Sequence record: PQ400055.1
Strand: one strand, 5' to 3'
Origin: a phage
Length of the DNA stretch: 64,000 bases
This document shows, in pieces, positions 48,317-57,585 of the stretch (position 1 is its first letter; each line of letters opens with the position of its first letter). The position numbers and the translations under genes were made by a program. The notes beneath the pieces were generated by a model. That model was not told the DNA's origin and made no database searches. It worked only from the letters and a program-made list of their open reading frames with translations.

Positions 48317-48621
48317 TAGAAACCCTTACGTCGTGCTTTCTGGCATTTCTTGATCATTTTATCAGAAATTTCGCGCTTAGGTGCAATCTCTTTCACACCG
48401 AAAGCACTAATGCCAAATTCAGAGAGAATATATTCAACAAACAATTCACGCACACGCGCTTTACCGATATTCACGCCGTTATTTTTCAGATATGTCTGGC
48501 CTTCGACTTGCATCAGATCTAAATCTGCGTCGGTAATATTGATTTCTTCCATGCGCCCAAATCGAGAATAAACCATGTGTGCGATTGCATTGTGTACTAA
48601 CATAATATATTCCTCACTCAA
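48316..48621 (-). CDS. hypothetical protein
   Basis: 101 aa ORF. Confidence 0.5.
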   Translation of the reverse strand: MSEEYIMLVHNAIAHMVYSRFGRMEEINITDADLDLMQVEGQTYLKNNGVNIGKARVRELFVEYILSEFGISAFGVKEIAPKREISDKMIKKCQKARRKGF

Positions 48622-48624
48622 GAA

Positions 48625-48783
48625 TTACTTAATGATACTTACTTTACCAGATCCATGACAATGAGCGCAACACCCATCACCACGCAATCCTGTTCCGTTA
48701 CAGTGTTTACACTTCTTCAACGGTAAAGCCATTATAGCAAATAAAGCAATAATGAATACCGAAACTAAATTCTCAATAATCAT
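48625..48783 (-). CDS. small membrane-anchored zinc-finger peptide with two CxxCxGxG motifs (not in ORF track)
   Basis: 52 aa by manual translation: MIIENLVSVFIIALFAIMALPLKKCKHCNGTGLRGDGCCAHCHGSGKVSIIK; RBS gaggg 7 nt upstream. Confidence 0.5.
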   Translation of the reverse strand: MIIENLVSVFIIALFAIMALPLKKCKHCNGTGLRGDGCCAHCHGSGKVSIIK

Positions 48784-49042
48784 AAATCGCCCTCAGTTCT
48801 TTATAGCCTCCAATGTGCTCGTTGTCAATGAATATCTGGGGGTATACAAACCGGAGGCTCTTTGAGTTTAGCCTCCCCGCCAGTTCTTCAATCATATCAC
48901 GGTCGGGAATAATGTCAACCCCGACCTGCTTGAATACTGGTTTAAGTGTATACGGAATACCCAGATCATCCAGTAGCTTCATTGCACTAATACAACCATA
49001 ACAATGATAAGCCTCTTTCGGTATACCGTATATCTCGATCAT
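48773..49042 (-). CDS. glutaredoxin/thioredoxin-fold protein (NrdH-like)
   Basis: 89 aa; CxxC active site YHCYGCIS near the N-terminus. Confidence 0.65.
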   Translation of the reverse strand: MIEIYGIPKEAYHCYGCISAMKLLDDLGIPYTLKPVFKQVGVDIIPDRDMIEELAGRLNSKSLRFVYPQIFIDNEHIGGYKELRAIYDY

Positions 49043-49560
49043 TTCTCAGCCTTTAATCTTTCTAGTTCTTCTTCCAGTTCCTTGATCCGTTGGTCACGTT
49101 CAAAGTCACGCTGTAGCTTAGTGGCAAATACTCGCTTAAACTGATTGTAATCATCGATTTTAAACACTTCTTCTTCGCCATAGCGACGTACAGAAACTTC
49201 GTAGTTGTTGAAAAATTGTTCCAACATTGCATCAGTAGTCAGTTCTGACGACACCACTTTAAAATAACGTTCTTCTGATTGCAAAAACCAGTTGTGCGCG
49301 TATTCCCGTACATCATCAACATCTCGACAGGTGTATGTTTTTCCATCAATTTCAATCGCAGAAACATATTCGATATCTGACGCAATTTTTTCAAAAGCGA
49401 TAACTTTAAATGTACGGTCACCGATAAAGTCTGCTATTGCATCATTTGCAACACTGGTTGCAAATGCTTTCCGCGCTCGCTCGTTTTTCCACTGATAGGT
49501 CATACCAACAACAAACATATTACCATCAACAAACATATTACCAACCTCGCTCTTTACCAA
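49039..49560 (-). CDS. paralogous-family protein, member 1 (one repeat unit plus coiled-coil tail)
   Basis: 173 aa; motifs GMTYQWKN...FKV...IEIDGKTYT...WF..ERYFKVV; C-terminal RIKELEEELERLKAEK. Confidence 0.55.
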   Translation of the reverse strand: MVKSEVGNMFVDGNMFVVGMTYQWKNERARKAFATSVANDAIADFIGDRTFKVIAFEKIASDIEYVSAIEIDGKTYTCRDVDDVREYAHNWFLQSEERYFKVVSSELTTDAMLEQFFNNYEVSVRRYGEEEVFKIDDYNQFKRVFATKLQRDFERDQRIKELEEELERLKAEK

Positions 49561-50362
49561 TCAAAAATTCAACTTCACGACGTTTAATGTCTTCTTGAAG
49601 GTCTTTAATCTTCTGGCGATCTTGCATGATTTCATCCATCTTGTCAAGTGCCGCAATGAAATCATCGAAACGTTCAAAGGTTTTACCTTCATTTGCTTCG
49701 CCAAATTTAACCATTGTCAGGCCGTAACGACTACTAAACAGACGTTTCAACTGTCCAACGATCTTAGAATCAGTGGTTATAACTTCCAATTCTTCTACTT
49801 CACGAAAGAATTTTCTATCAGAATCAATAAACCAGCTAGTTCCTTTATGGTCTCTATCTTCGGTTGCGCTCATTAGAGTATGGTCTTTACCATCAATTTC
49901 AATTACATCAATTTGCCCACATGGACTAACATTTTTAACAGTAAAAGGTCTATAATTTATTGCTCGTGCAATAACATAATTAAGGTTAGATACGTTTTCA
50001 GCATAATGGCAGAAGTCGGTCATAGCATTCGCATCTTTCCAAGTATAAGTTTTACCAACTTCCCATTTCTGGGGAACTTCTTCAACTTCACGAAAGAATT
50101 TTCTATCGAATGGACTAAAGAAATATGTGGCAGTCCAAATGTCTTTTCCTGTAGCAGTTTTCGCCGTATGATAAACACCGTCTAGCTCTATTGCATCAAT
50201 CCAACCGTTACCATCGATCTCGATGATGGTAAATGGCTTGTCACCAATAGCTGCACTAATATCGCTGTTAAGTGGAGAAAGAACACCTTCTCCGTTAGTA
50301 ATAAACTCAGTTTTAGCGTTTTCATCTTTCCAGGTGTAGGTTTTACCAATTTCCCATTTCAT
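49538..50362 (-). CDS. paralogous-family protein, member 2 (two tandem repeat units plus coiled-coil tail)
   Basis: 274 aa; WEIGKTYTWKDENA...PFT..IEIDG...RKFFREVEE twice, then a coiled coil. Confidence 0.55.
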   Translation of the reverse strand: MKWEIGKTYTWKDENAKTEFITNGEGVLSPLNSDISAAIGDKPFTIIEIDGNGWIDAIELDGVYHTAKTATGKDIWTATYFFSPFDRKFFREVEEVPQKWEVGKTYTWKDANAMTDFCHYAENVSNLNYVIARAINYRPFTVKNVSPCGQIDVIEIDGKDHTLMSATEDRDHKGTSWFIDSDRKFFREVEELEVITTDSKIVGQLKRLFSSRYGLTMVKFGEANEGKTFERFDDFIAALDKMDEIMQDRQKIKDLQEDIKRREVEFLIGKERGW

Positions 50363-50374
50363 AATATATTCCCC

Positions 50375-50875
50375 TTAACCGATTTTATCAAGTTCGTTTA
50401 ATGCTTTCTCTGCTTCCTGTATAGCTTGCACTCTTTCCGGCATTTTGTCAAGAAAATCTTTCAACTCTTCAAAACTGGAGATATGACGCAAGGCATTAGC
50501 ACCGATAGCCGCATGTGATTTGCATTCAAAGCGAATTTTATAATTATCCATCGCCAATTTGAGAAGGTCTATTAGATCATATTCATGACCAGGCAATAAA
50601 ACTTCTTTGAAGCACGCTCGGTCGCCATCGGAAAACCATATATTATCACCAACATCGATAGAACTAATATAATCCCCTTCGTGATTATAGATTGAACGTA
50701 CATTACCCCAACGGTCTACCGTAGCGACAGTAAATGGTTTATCTAGATATGTAAACACACCATCAATATTAGGTTTTTGTTCGTAACGCCAACAATCACG
50801 CAAAATGCGCTTTTCGTCCTCACCAACCAACTTATATGTCTTCCCTTCTTCCCATTTCATAATATCATCTCTCAT
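50375..50875 (-). CDS. paralogous-family protein, member 3
   Basis: 166 aa; WEEGKTYK...PFTVATVD...WFSDGDRACFKEV plus C-terminal coiled coil. Confidence 0.55.
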   Translation of the reverse strand: MRDDIMKWEEGKTYKLVGEDEKRILRDCWRYEQKPNIDGVFTYLDKPFTVATVDRWGNVRSIYNHEGDYISSIDVGDNIWFSDGDRACFKEVLLPGHEYDLIDLLKLAMDNYKIRFECKSHAAIGANALRHISSFEELKDFLDKMPERVQAIQEAEKALNELDKIG

Positions 50876-51402
50876 TTTTTGATACGTGATTCTAATTGGA
50901 TCATACGGTCGCGCGTTTGCTTGTATTCGCGGATAGCACCGATCCGGCTAGGCATACCATCAAGCACGCTCTTAATCCCTTCTAGGGTAGTGATTTTAGC
51001 AATGCTATTATGTAACCCCATCTTATCGATCAACTGAATGTCGTAGGCTTCCATAAGCAGACCCAGACGTTCTAAAGTTAGGTCTTCTTCTTTTTCTTCC
51101 GATTCTGGAATCTTAGGTTCAATAATAACTTCGGTAAAGAAACGACGCTCACCCGACCAAAACCACACACCGGAACAGCCAATAGGGGATTCTTTTAACG
51201 TCATAGAGTCGAAATCACTACCGATAATAGTAATTTCTCTAACATCACCATCATCGTCAATGTCTTCTACCCTAAACGGGCGACCAGCCAACAAGTCAAC
51301 AATACATCTGTTAATAGACGACGAAAATTTAGTCAGTTCGGCTTTCGACGCTTCGCATTCAATCTTGTAAGTTTTACCAACTTCCCATTCCATAATAATC
51401 AC
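50872..51402 (-). CDS. paralogous-family protein, member 4
   Basis: 176 aa; WEVGKTYK...PFRVEDID...WFWSGERRFFTEV plus C-terminal coiled coil. Confidence 0.55.
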   Translation of the reverse strand: MIIMEWEVGKTYKIECEASKAELTKFSSSINRCIVDLLAGRPFRVEDIDDDGDVREITIIGSDFDSMTLKESPIGCSGVWFWSGERRFFTEVIIEPKIPESEEKEEDLTLERLGLLMEAYDIQLIDKMGLHNSIAKITTLEGIKSVLDGMPSRIGAIREYKQTRDRMIQLESRIKK

Positions 51403-51403
51403 C

Positions 51404-51913
51404 TCAAATAATTTTCACTGGAATACTATTAACAATCTTGTATTGTACTTGATTGTCAGACCCCCGCCACGGCTTCTTCGTTGGCATATCTTTAATATAA
51501 CGCCCATCGATGAACATGTCAACTGATTCTACAATTTTTCTTTGCTCATCATTCAATTGGTCAAGGGTATAACCGGACCATAGCCAAATATCTTTATTTG
51601 GCATCCATGATTTTACTTCATCGATGATCCGCTGTACACCCTTTAAATTGCGTTTATACAGTGGATCGCCACCTAAGAATGTTAGCCCCTGAATAAAATC
51701 AGGTCTAAGCAGGTCCAGAATCAATCCCATTGTATCATCGGTGAATGGTTCCCCGTTCTTAGGATTGAGTAGGCTAGCATTAAAGCAACCATCACATGCG
51801 TGTGAACATCCGGTAACGTAAAGGGAGACTCTCACTCCCTCACCGTTAACCATATCACAATCTTTAATATCGGCATAGCGTAGTTTGCCGTATGTATCAG
51901 AACTCATATTCAA
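51404..51913 (-). CDS. nrdG: anaerobic ribonucleotide reductase activating protein (radical SAM)
   Basis: 169 aa; CSHACDGC radical-SAM cysteine motif; adjacent to nrdD region. Confidence 0.85.
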   Translation of the reverse strand: MNMSSDTYGKLRYADIKDCDMVNGEGVRVSLYVTGCSHACDGCFNASLLNPKNGEPFTDDTMGLILDLLRPDFIQGLTFLGGDPLYKRNLKGVQRIIDEVKSWMPNKDIWLWSGYTLDQLNDEQRKIVESVDMFIDGRYIKDMPTKKPWRGSDNQVQYKIVNSIPVKII

Positions 51914-52047
51914 TTACCCCGAACTCGTTTACAATCTGCGCTTTATAGTAACCACCGCGAGATGCTAATAGATAAGCTGGGCTTAGGTATTCGTATTCAC
52001 GGATTTCTACTTGTGCGTTTTCAGTTTCCCAAATCAGTAAAGTCCAC
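51897..52047 (-). CDS. hypothetical small protein (start moved to internal ATG)
   Basis: Track start 52124 lies inside the promoter cassette; internal ATG at 52047 has RBS ggag. Confidence 0.35.
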
Positions 52048-52091
52048 ATATTTGATTCTCCTGTAAAGTTGTATCTCGTCTTGATGAATAT

Positions 52092-52120
52092 AGTATAGGG
52101 GATCTCGCGATCCCCGTCAA
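52092..52120 (-). promoter_or_regulatory. sigma70-type early promoter cassette with palindromic spacer
   Basis: Minus strand TTGACG-17-TATACT; spacer GGGGATC-gcga-GATCCCC. Confidence 0.55.
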
Positions 52121-52124
52121 GCAT

Positions 52125-52673
52125 TTATTTTAAATTTTTTCGAATGTAGTCAGACCATTCCTTCCCTGTCAGTTCGGTCCCATTCTGGAAACTGAAATAT
52201 TCATACGGCATCGAGTCAAGATAAAACAGGATCATACATCGCGCCATATAATACCAATCACGATTAAAGTAAACTACGTTATCGCCAGTACCATCAGCAC
52301 CTTTATCATAACCATCGCGGGTACGGGCGACCCATTGAATAGTATCATTTTTCTCACGGATCGTAACAGGTTCCCAATATCCAGCACATCCAGCATGACC
52401 ACACGAACAAGTAATGAAATATTGTCCTTTTGCTTTGTTGTCATCCCATTCACGATGGATTGGTTCGATCTCGTGAAACAGTGCTAAGCAATCATGATTA
52501 TGCAACACTGGCTTACCATCAATCAATGCATGGAATGTATACAAACGACCCGTAGACAAATAGCTATCCTCACGCTCAACCAGTTCAATAGCAATCTTTT
52601 TAGCTCGTTCTTTGTGTCGTTGTGCTTTACGCTTACGGTTTAATGATTTCATATTCACCTCACACATTATCAA
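52125..52673 (-). CDS. hypothetical Cys-rich protein
   Basis: 182 aa; basic N-terminus; CSCGHAGCAGYW cluster. Confidence 0.5.
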   Translation of the reverse strand: MIMCEVNMKSLNRKRKAQRHKERAKKIAIELVEREDSYLSTGRLYTFHALIDGKPVLHNHDCLALFHEIEPIHREWDDNKAKGQYFITCSCGHAGCAGYWEPVTIREKNDTIQWVARTRDGYDKGADGTGDNVVYFNRDWYYMARCMILFYLDSMPYEYFSFQNGTELTGKEWSDYIRKNLK

Positions 52674-53209
52674 AGGTCGCGATATAGTACATTATGAAAA
52701 TGAGAACTTGCATTACCAATATTGTAGATAATAAATTCTTCATCCGGCGCTTGCGCTACAAATTGAGTATGAGCAACCGCCACAACCTTAAAAATACGAT
52801 CCGTGATCTTGTGTTTAATTTCTGCCCCTACTTCCATAGGAACATATTCATTTGTTTCTGTTTCAGTCGCAAAACAGCCATCTTCTTCATAAGCACGAAC
52901 AAATCGATCGCAATCAGTACGCTTAACAAATTCAAGAGTATACAATTCTCGTGAATTGTCGGTATAGACCAATACAGAATTATTATGATAGCGAATCACA
53001 TACAGGTTATTATCATCGTCAATTACGCAAAAGCTACGGATTCCTTCGCCTTTACTCCAGCAGATATTAACCACCGTTCCTCTAATAAAAAAACTTTCCT
53101 TTAAATTAAAACTAGTCAATGTGCTAGCGTGCATTTTAACAACAACACCATCGCCAATTTCCAGTTTACGAAGTTTAACTTCTTTGTTCAGTACACAAAA
53201 CATCATCAT
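52670..53209 (-). CDS. hypothetical protein
   Basis: 179 aa ORF preceded by promoter cassette. Confidence 0.5.
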   Translation of the reverse strand: MMMFCVLNKEVKLRKLEIGDGVVVKMHASTLTSFNLKESFFIRGTVVNICWSKGEGIRSFCVIDDDNNLYVIRYHNNSVLVYTDNSRELYTLEFVKRTDCDRFVRAYEEDGCFATETETNEYVPMEVGAEIKHKITDRIFKVVAVAHTQFVAQAPDEEFIIYNIGNASSHFHNVLYRDL

Positions 53210-53238
53210 GTTGTCCTCTCGTTGTTTTCGATGTGAGC

Positions 53239-53266
53239 ATTATACATTAGCTAATCATGTTGTCAA
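53239..53266 (-). promoter_or_regulatory. sigma70-type early promoter cassette
   Basis: Minus strand TTGACA-16-TATAAT then ...CATCGAAAACAACGAGAGGA...ATG. Confidence 0.55.
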
Positions 53267-53278
53267 CACCCCAAAACG

Positions 53279-53303
53279 AAAAAGCCGACCCTTTCGGATC
53301 GGC
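53279..53303 (-). terminator. rho-independent terminator after nrdD
   Basis: Minus-strand agccga-tccgaaaggg-tcggct followed by ttttt. Confidence 0.65.
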
Positions 53304-53309
53304 TGAAAT

Positions 53310-55172
53310 TTACATGTGCTTAACGCGGTTTACCATCTCGGAGTGTTTCCCGTGGTTGAATGGACGCAGATCAACAGATCCAAGATATCCACTAACGCGA
53401 CGGATAACATTCATCTTTTCCAGATTGTCATTACCGCAATCAGGACAAACAAAACCAGACTCGGTCGCTCTCATTTCCTTAGTAGATCCGCATACATGAC
53501 ATACATCAGAAGGAGTATTAACACCGAAGTAGTGCAATTTATCCATTGCATAGTCTACTACAGTTTCAAGACCTTTCAGGTTGTTTTTCATGTCTGGGAA
53601 CTCAACATAAGAGATCATGCCACCGGACGCCAGCCAGTGATAATCTTTCTCAAAGTCAATTTTCTCAAATGGAGTGACTTTCCGGTCTACGTCAAGGTGG
53701 AATGAGTTGGTGTACCAGTCTTTATCGGTAGCACCCTTAACAATACCAAATTGCTCTCGGTCCAGTCGATTAAATCGATAGCAAAGGCTCTCGGCTGGAG
53801 TACCGTAAAGACTAAACCCAAGTCCGGTTTCGTCCTTCCATTTTTCAGTATAATGACGCAAGATCTTAAGAATATGTTTACCGTATCGCTGCGCATCTTC
53901 CGAATCAAACGGATGAACACCAAACAGGACGCTCAATACCTCATGTAAACCAATATATCCAAGAGAGATACTAGCGCGACCATCTTTCAACACTTCCAAA
54001 ATTTCATCGTTTTGATGAATACGGAAAAACGCACCTTCGGTATACAGCACCGGAGCAACATTGGCTTTAGCCCCTTTTAAAGCGTCTACGCGACTCATGA
54101 GCGCATCAAAGCAAATAGGCATACGATTGGCTAGCTCTTGTTCGAATAGCTCAATTCTGCGCATTACAGACGCTTTACCAGCACGACGCGCGGCAATAAG
54201 GGCAATACGCGGAAGATTCAGGGTCACAACACCCAAGTTATTACGTCCGTCTAATACTTCTTCTCCTTTCTCATTATGCCACACACCCAGGAAGCTACGA
54301 CAACCCATCGGGCTAACCGGAACACTAGATCCGGTGATACTACGGTTATTCTTCGCAGAGATATAATCAGGGTAAAGACGCTTACTAGAACATTCCAATG
54401 CAAGTTGCTTAATGTCGTAGTTCGGATCTTCCGGTTTAAGGTTTAATCCTTCTTCTAAGAACATCACCAGCTTAGGAAACACCGGAGTGATACCATCTTT
54501 ACCTAAACCTTTAGTTCGAACGTTCAGGATCGCTTTCTGAATCAGTTTTTCTTCCCAGCTAGTACCCATACCAAAGGTTAAAGTCACAAAAGGCGTTTGA
54601 CCGTTGGTGGAGAACAAAGTGTTGATTTCATATTCCAACGCCTGATATCCGTCTAACGTTTCTTTTTCTGTTTTCTCTTGTGCATAGAGAGTATCAGCTT
54701 TGATTCCGTAGGTTTCGGCATCAGCAAGGTGTTTATAATATGTTTTCTCAACATACGGTGCTAACACCTGATCGATGTTTGCGATTGTGGTCCCGCCATA
54801 TTGATGACTTGCCACCTGTGCGATAATTTGAGCGGTTACAGCACAAGCAACGCCGATTGATTTCGGACTTTCGATTTGTGCGCTACCCAATTTAAAACCA
54901 TTCTCTAACATGTCTTTGAGATTAACAAGACAGCAGTTAGTAAACGGCATAGCGGGTGCATAATCCATATCATGATAATGAATGTCACCGTCTACATGCG
55001 CTTTATAGATGTGCTCAGGTAACACGGTTTTAGCAATCTGTTTAGACACAGCACCAGCAATCAGATCTCGACGTGTCGGGAATGTTCGCGCGTCTTTGTT
55101 CGCGTTCTCTTTGCTTACTTCGTTTTCTTTACCCGTTGCGATCTCTGTAATGTCTTTGATTAGTTTTTCCAT
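53310..55172 (-). CDS. nrdD: anaerobic ribonucleoside-triphosphate reductase
   Basis: 620 aa; C-terminal zinc ribbon CHVCGS...CPDCG followed by glycyl-radical motif RVSGYLG; uninterrupted ORF. Confidence 0.9.
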   Translation of the reverse strand: MEKLIKDITEIATGKENEVSKENANKDARTFPTRRDLIAGAVSKQIAKTVLPEHIYKAHVDGDIHYHDMDYAPAMPFTNCCLVNLKDMLENGFKLGSAQIESPKSIGVACAVTAQIIAQVASHQYGGTTIANIDQVLAPYVEKTYYKHLADAETYGIKADTLYAQEKTEKETLDGYQALEYEINTLFSTNGQTPFVTLTFGMGTSWEEKLIQKAILNVRTKGLGKDGITPVFPKLVMFLEEGLNLKPEDPNYDIKQLALECSSKRLYPDYISAKNNRSITGSSVPVSPMGCRSFLGVWHNEKGEEVLDGRNNLGVVTLNLPRIALIAARRAGKASVMRRIELFEQELANRMPICFDALMSRVDALKGAKANVAPVLYTEGAFFRIHQNDEILEVLKDGRASISLGYIGLHEVLSVLFGVHPFDSEDAQRYGKHILKILRHYTEKWKDETGLGFSLYGTPAESLCYRFNRLDREQFGIVKGATDKDWYTNSFHLDVDRKVTPFEKIDFEKDYHWLASGGMISYVEFPDMKNNLKGLETVVDYAMDKLHYFGVNTPSDVCHVCGSTKEMRATESGFVCPDCGNDNLEKMNVIRRVSGYLGSVDLRPFNHGKHSEMVNRVKHM

Positions 55173-55185
55173 TGTATCACCTATG

Positions 55186-55207
55186 AAAAAGCGGGATTTC
55201 TCCCGCT
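55186..55207 (-). terminator. terminator-like hairpin directly upstream of the nrdD start
   Basis: Minus-strand agcggga-gaaa-tcccgct followed by ttttt, then RBS ggtga and the nrdD ATG. Confidence 0.55.
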
Positions 55208-55216
55208 CGTTGATAG

Positions 55217-55711
55217 TTATTTTACCAGTTCTGCTAATTCTTTTTCTTTAGCTTCTAGTTCAGCTTTAAGCTGTTTAATCTCTTGTCGCTTCTTATTAGC
55301 GGCTTCCTGCTTACTATTTCGGATAACCTGATCTAGATACAACTCCCAATCCTGAATATTTTTGATAATGTATCCGTCAACATTAATTGGTCGGAGATTC
55401 AGTACAGCTTCCAGTTTAGTCGCAAAAACTTTAATTGCTGGCGTGAAGTATTCATATTCGTTATCTTCAAACCAATAACCTAGACTTGCATTATCAATAC
55501 GAAGACGAAGTTCAAGATCAAGGTCTTTATCTTCGGTGTAAAGATCTTTCACCTGACCCAGCGAACTAACAACAACTTTAAAACGAATTTTATCTACACC
55601 ACCAAACACATCAGTAAGTATACCAGCAATTGAGCTATTAGCGCAAGATTGGTCGCTGAATGCGTCAAGGTTTTCTTTAGTTACAGTATACCAAACATCT
55701 TGTACCCACAT
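55217..55711 (-). CDS. paralogous-family-related protein with coiled-coil tail
   Basis: 164 aa; ...FKVV...WFEDNEYEYF... and C-terminal KQLKAELEAKEKELAELVK. Confidence 0.5.
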   Translation of the reverse strand: MWVQDVWYTVTKENLDAFSDQSCANSSIAGILTDVFGGVDKIRFKVVVSSLGQVKDLYTEDKDLDLELRLRIDNASLGYWFEDNEYEYFTPAIKVFATKLEAVLNLRPINVDGYIIKNIQDWELYLDQVIRNSKQEAANKKRQEIKQLKAELEAKEKELAELVK

Positions 55712-55735
55712 AATATAATCCTCTCGTTGTTAAGT

Positions 55736-55769
55736 GGGAGTATTATAGCATACTCCCTTCGCATGTCAA
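55736..55769 (-). promoter_or_regulatory. sigma70-type early promoter cassette with palindrome
   Basis: Minus strand TTGACA-16-TATAAT; GGGAGTAtgctataaTACTCCC; leader ...CAACGAGAGGATTATATTATG. Confidence 0.6.
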
Positions 55770-56944
55770 GCACTAACTTTTTTCTTTACTGCTTTCACCT
55801 TCTGGCGAATTGCTCGAATCTCTTCGATCTCTTTTTCAGTCTCTTTAACAATTTCTTTGCGATTCTGAATATCTGTATCTAGATTATCATCAAGTTTAGG
55901 CAGCATGTCAATCAAGAACTTTTTAAAGTCTTTCAGGTTTCGGATAACAGCACCTTCACCCATTACCGCCACGCCTACACCATCCGGCAGATCACCAAAC
56001 AGCTTAACCAGTTCAGACAGATGATCATGATCTTCTAGTGCTTCTTCCGGTTCAGATGGCAGTTCAACAAAGTTATAACGTTCATCATTGCTGATCAAGT
56101 GATACCAGCAAAGACCGAAAGATTTCGGTGTATATTCTACACCATCAATTTCAACCGCGTCAACACTTCCATAATCATCTACTTTAGTTACCTTAAATCC
56201 TTGTCCCAGCTTTTGAACAATTTCAACAACATGACTTGATACAGTTTCAGCGGTAAACCAATATGGCAAATTATGCTGATTTGGTTTGTAGCGTTCACCT
56301 ACTTTAAATCTCTGACCATCCGCTTGCATAGAATGAAATTGTTGTTTCGTGATTTCCGCGAAGTATTCAAATTCGCTACCGTCAAACAAGCAATTCCATT
56401 GATCACAAAAACGGTCCGCCTTGACGGTTTCACCTTTCGCGGTGATCATGGTAGCTGATCCGTGCAATTCTTCTTCAACTAAAAAGCCATATTCGACAAA
56501 ATCAACAAGTTTCATGGCTTCTTTGTGCTCTGGGTCATGCTCTCCCCAGAATCGCTTAAATTCTTGCAAACCTTCTGGGGTAAACGAATAACATTTACCT
56601 TTTTCAAAGTAAGTCGGCATTGCATCCTCTTTCTTGTTCATCGCTTCGTATGCCTCTTTTGAGATACGTTTAAAGTATTTGCGCTCATTGTGCATAATCA
56701 TAGTAGACCAATAATAAACGATATCCTCAGCGGAATAAACTACATCTCCAGCTTCAATAGTAATAACATGACCGTGGTCATCTTTTTCTAATACTTTAAA
56801 GCCCTTTTCTACGATTTCAGCAACCCGAATATGACCACGGCGCGAAGCATCGGTCAGAATAATTGAATAGCGAGAAAAGTCTAGAAACTCATCTTTACCG
56901 CCTTCACGGAATGCATAGTAATGACCTTCAAAGAATTTAGCCAT
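55766..56944 (-). CDS. paralogous-family protein (multi-repeat member)
   Basis: 392 aa; repeated ...YYAF...GFKVL...ERKYFKRISKE... units plus C-terminal coiled coil. Confidence 0.55.
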   Translation of the reverse strand: MAKFFEGHYYAFREGGKDEFLDFSRYSIILTDASRRGHIRVAEIVEKGFKVLEKDDHGHVITIEAGDVVYSAEDIVYYWSTMIMHNERKYFKRISKEAYEAMNKKEDAMPTYFEKGKCYSFTPEGLQEFKRFWGEHDPEHKEAMKLVDFVEYGFLVEEELHGSATMITAKGETVKADRFCDQWNCLFDGSEFEYFAEITKQQFHSMQADGQRFKVGERYKPNQHNLPYWFTAETVSSHVVEIVQKLGQGFKVTKVDDYGSVDAVEIDGVEYTPKSFGLCWYHLISNDERYNFVELPSEPEEALEDHDHLSELVKLFGDLPDGVGVAVMGEGAVIRNLKDFKKFLIDMLPKLDDNLDTDIQNRKEIVKETEKEIEEIRAIRQKVKAVKKKVSA

Positions 56945-56969
56945 AATATAATCCTCTCGTTGTTTAGAT

Positions 56970-57004
56970 GGGAGTATCTTACTACTCCCGTTTCATCATG
57001 TCAA
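56970..57004 (-). promoter_or_regulatory. sigma70-type early promoter cassette with palindrome
   Basis: Minus strand TTGACA-17-TAAGAT; GGGAGTAgtaagaTACTCCC; near-identical to the copy at 13237. Confidence 0.6.
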
Positions 57005-57585
57005 GCGTTAAATGACTTTTGGATCTCTTTCAGTTCTTCCACTTTCTCGGCGCTGAATTTAGCGTAGGTATCATGTCGAATAATTTCACTTTCAAGAAAG
57101 GTTTCCAGTCGAGATCTATTTTCAATAAGGAACTCTTTCAGGTCTTCCGCGTTCTTGATAAAGATTTTATTGTCGGTAATGTCATCTTCAATCGCAAAGG
57201 AGATAGAGCGAACTTTACCAAACAAGTTAATCAGATCTTCCAGAGATTCTTCTTTCTTAACTGGTTTCATTTCTTCAAACTGCTTTTTAGTGATGCGTTT
57301 AAAGTATTTGCGCTCGCTTGCATCAATCATGATTGACGCACCCTCATAATCATGAGTTTCTACCAAATACACTTTACCCATAACATTAACCGTAAGAACT
57401 TTAAAGCCCCTGTGAAGCACACCATACAGGAACTTGTTATGTTGTGGGTAGCGTTTAACAAATTCCTCTGCGGACTCAGCATTACGGAAAGTGTAATAAC
57501 GACCTCGTTCAAAAACAGCATCATTTGAAGACTTAGCCGGATACAATTTATACGTTTTCTGTACCATAATATAATCCTCTATCAT
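57001..57585 (-). CDS. paralogous-family protein
   Basis: 194 aa; GRYYTFRNAESAEEF...GFKVLTVN...ERKYFKRITKKQFEEM plus coiled coil. Confidence 0.55.
   Translation of the reverse strand: MIEDYIMVQKTYKLYPAKSSNDAVFERGRYYTFRNAESAEEFVKRYPQHNKFLYGVLHRGFKVLTVNVMGKVYLVETHDYEGASIMIDASERKYFKRITKKQFEEMKPVKKEESLEDLINLFGKVRSISFAIEDDITDNKIFIKNAEDLKEFLIENRSRLETFLESEIIRHDTYAKFSAEKVEELKEIQKSFNA

Noticed and set aside
53310-55172. Group I intron or homing endonuclease in nrdD, as in T4
   Set aside because: nrdD is a continuous 620-aa ORF through the glycyl-radical motif, and no GIY-YIG or HNH ORF is nearby.
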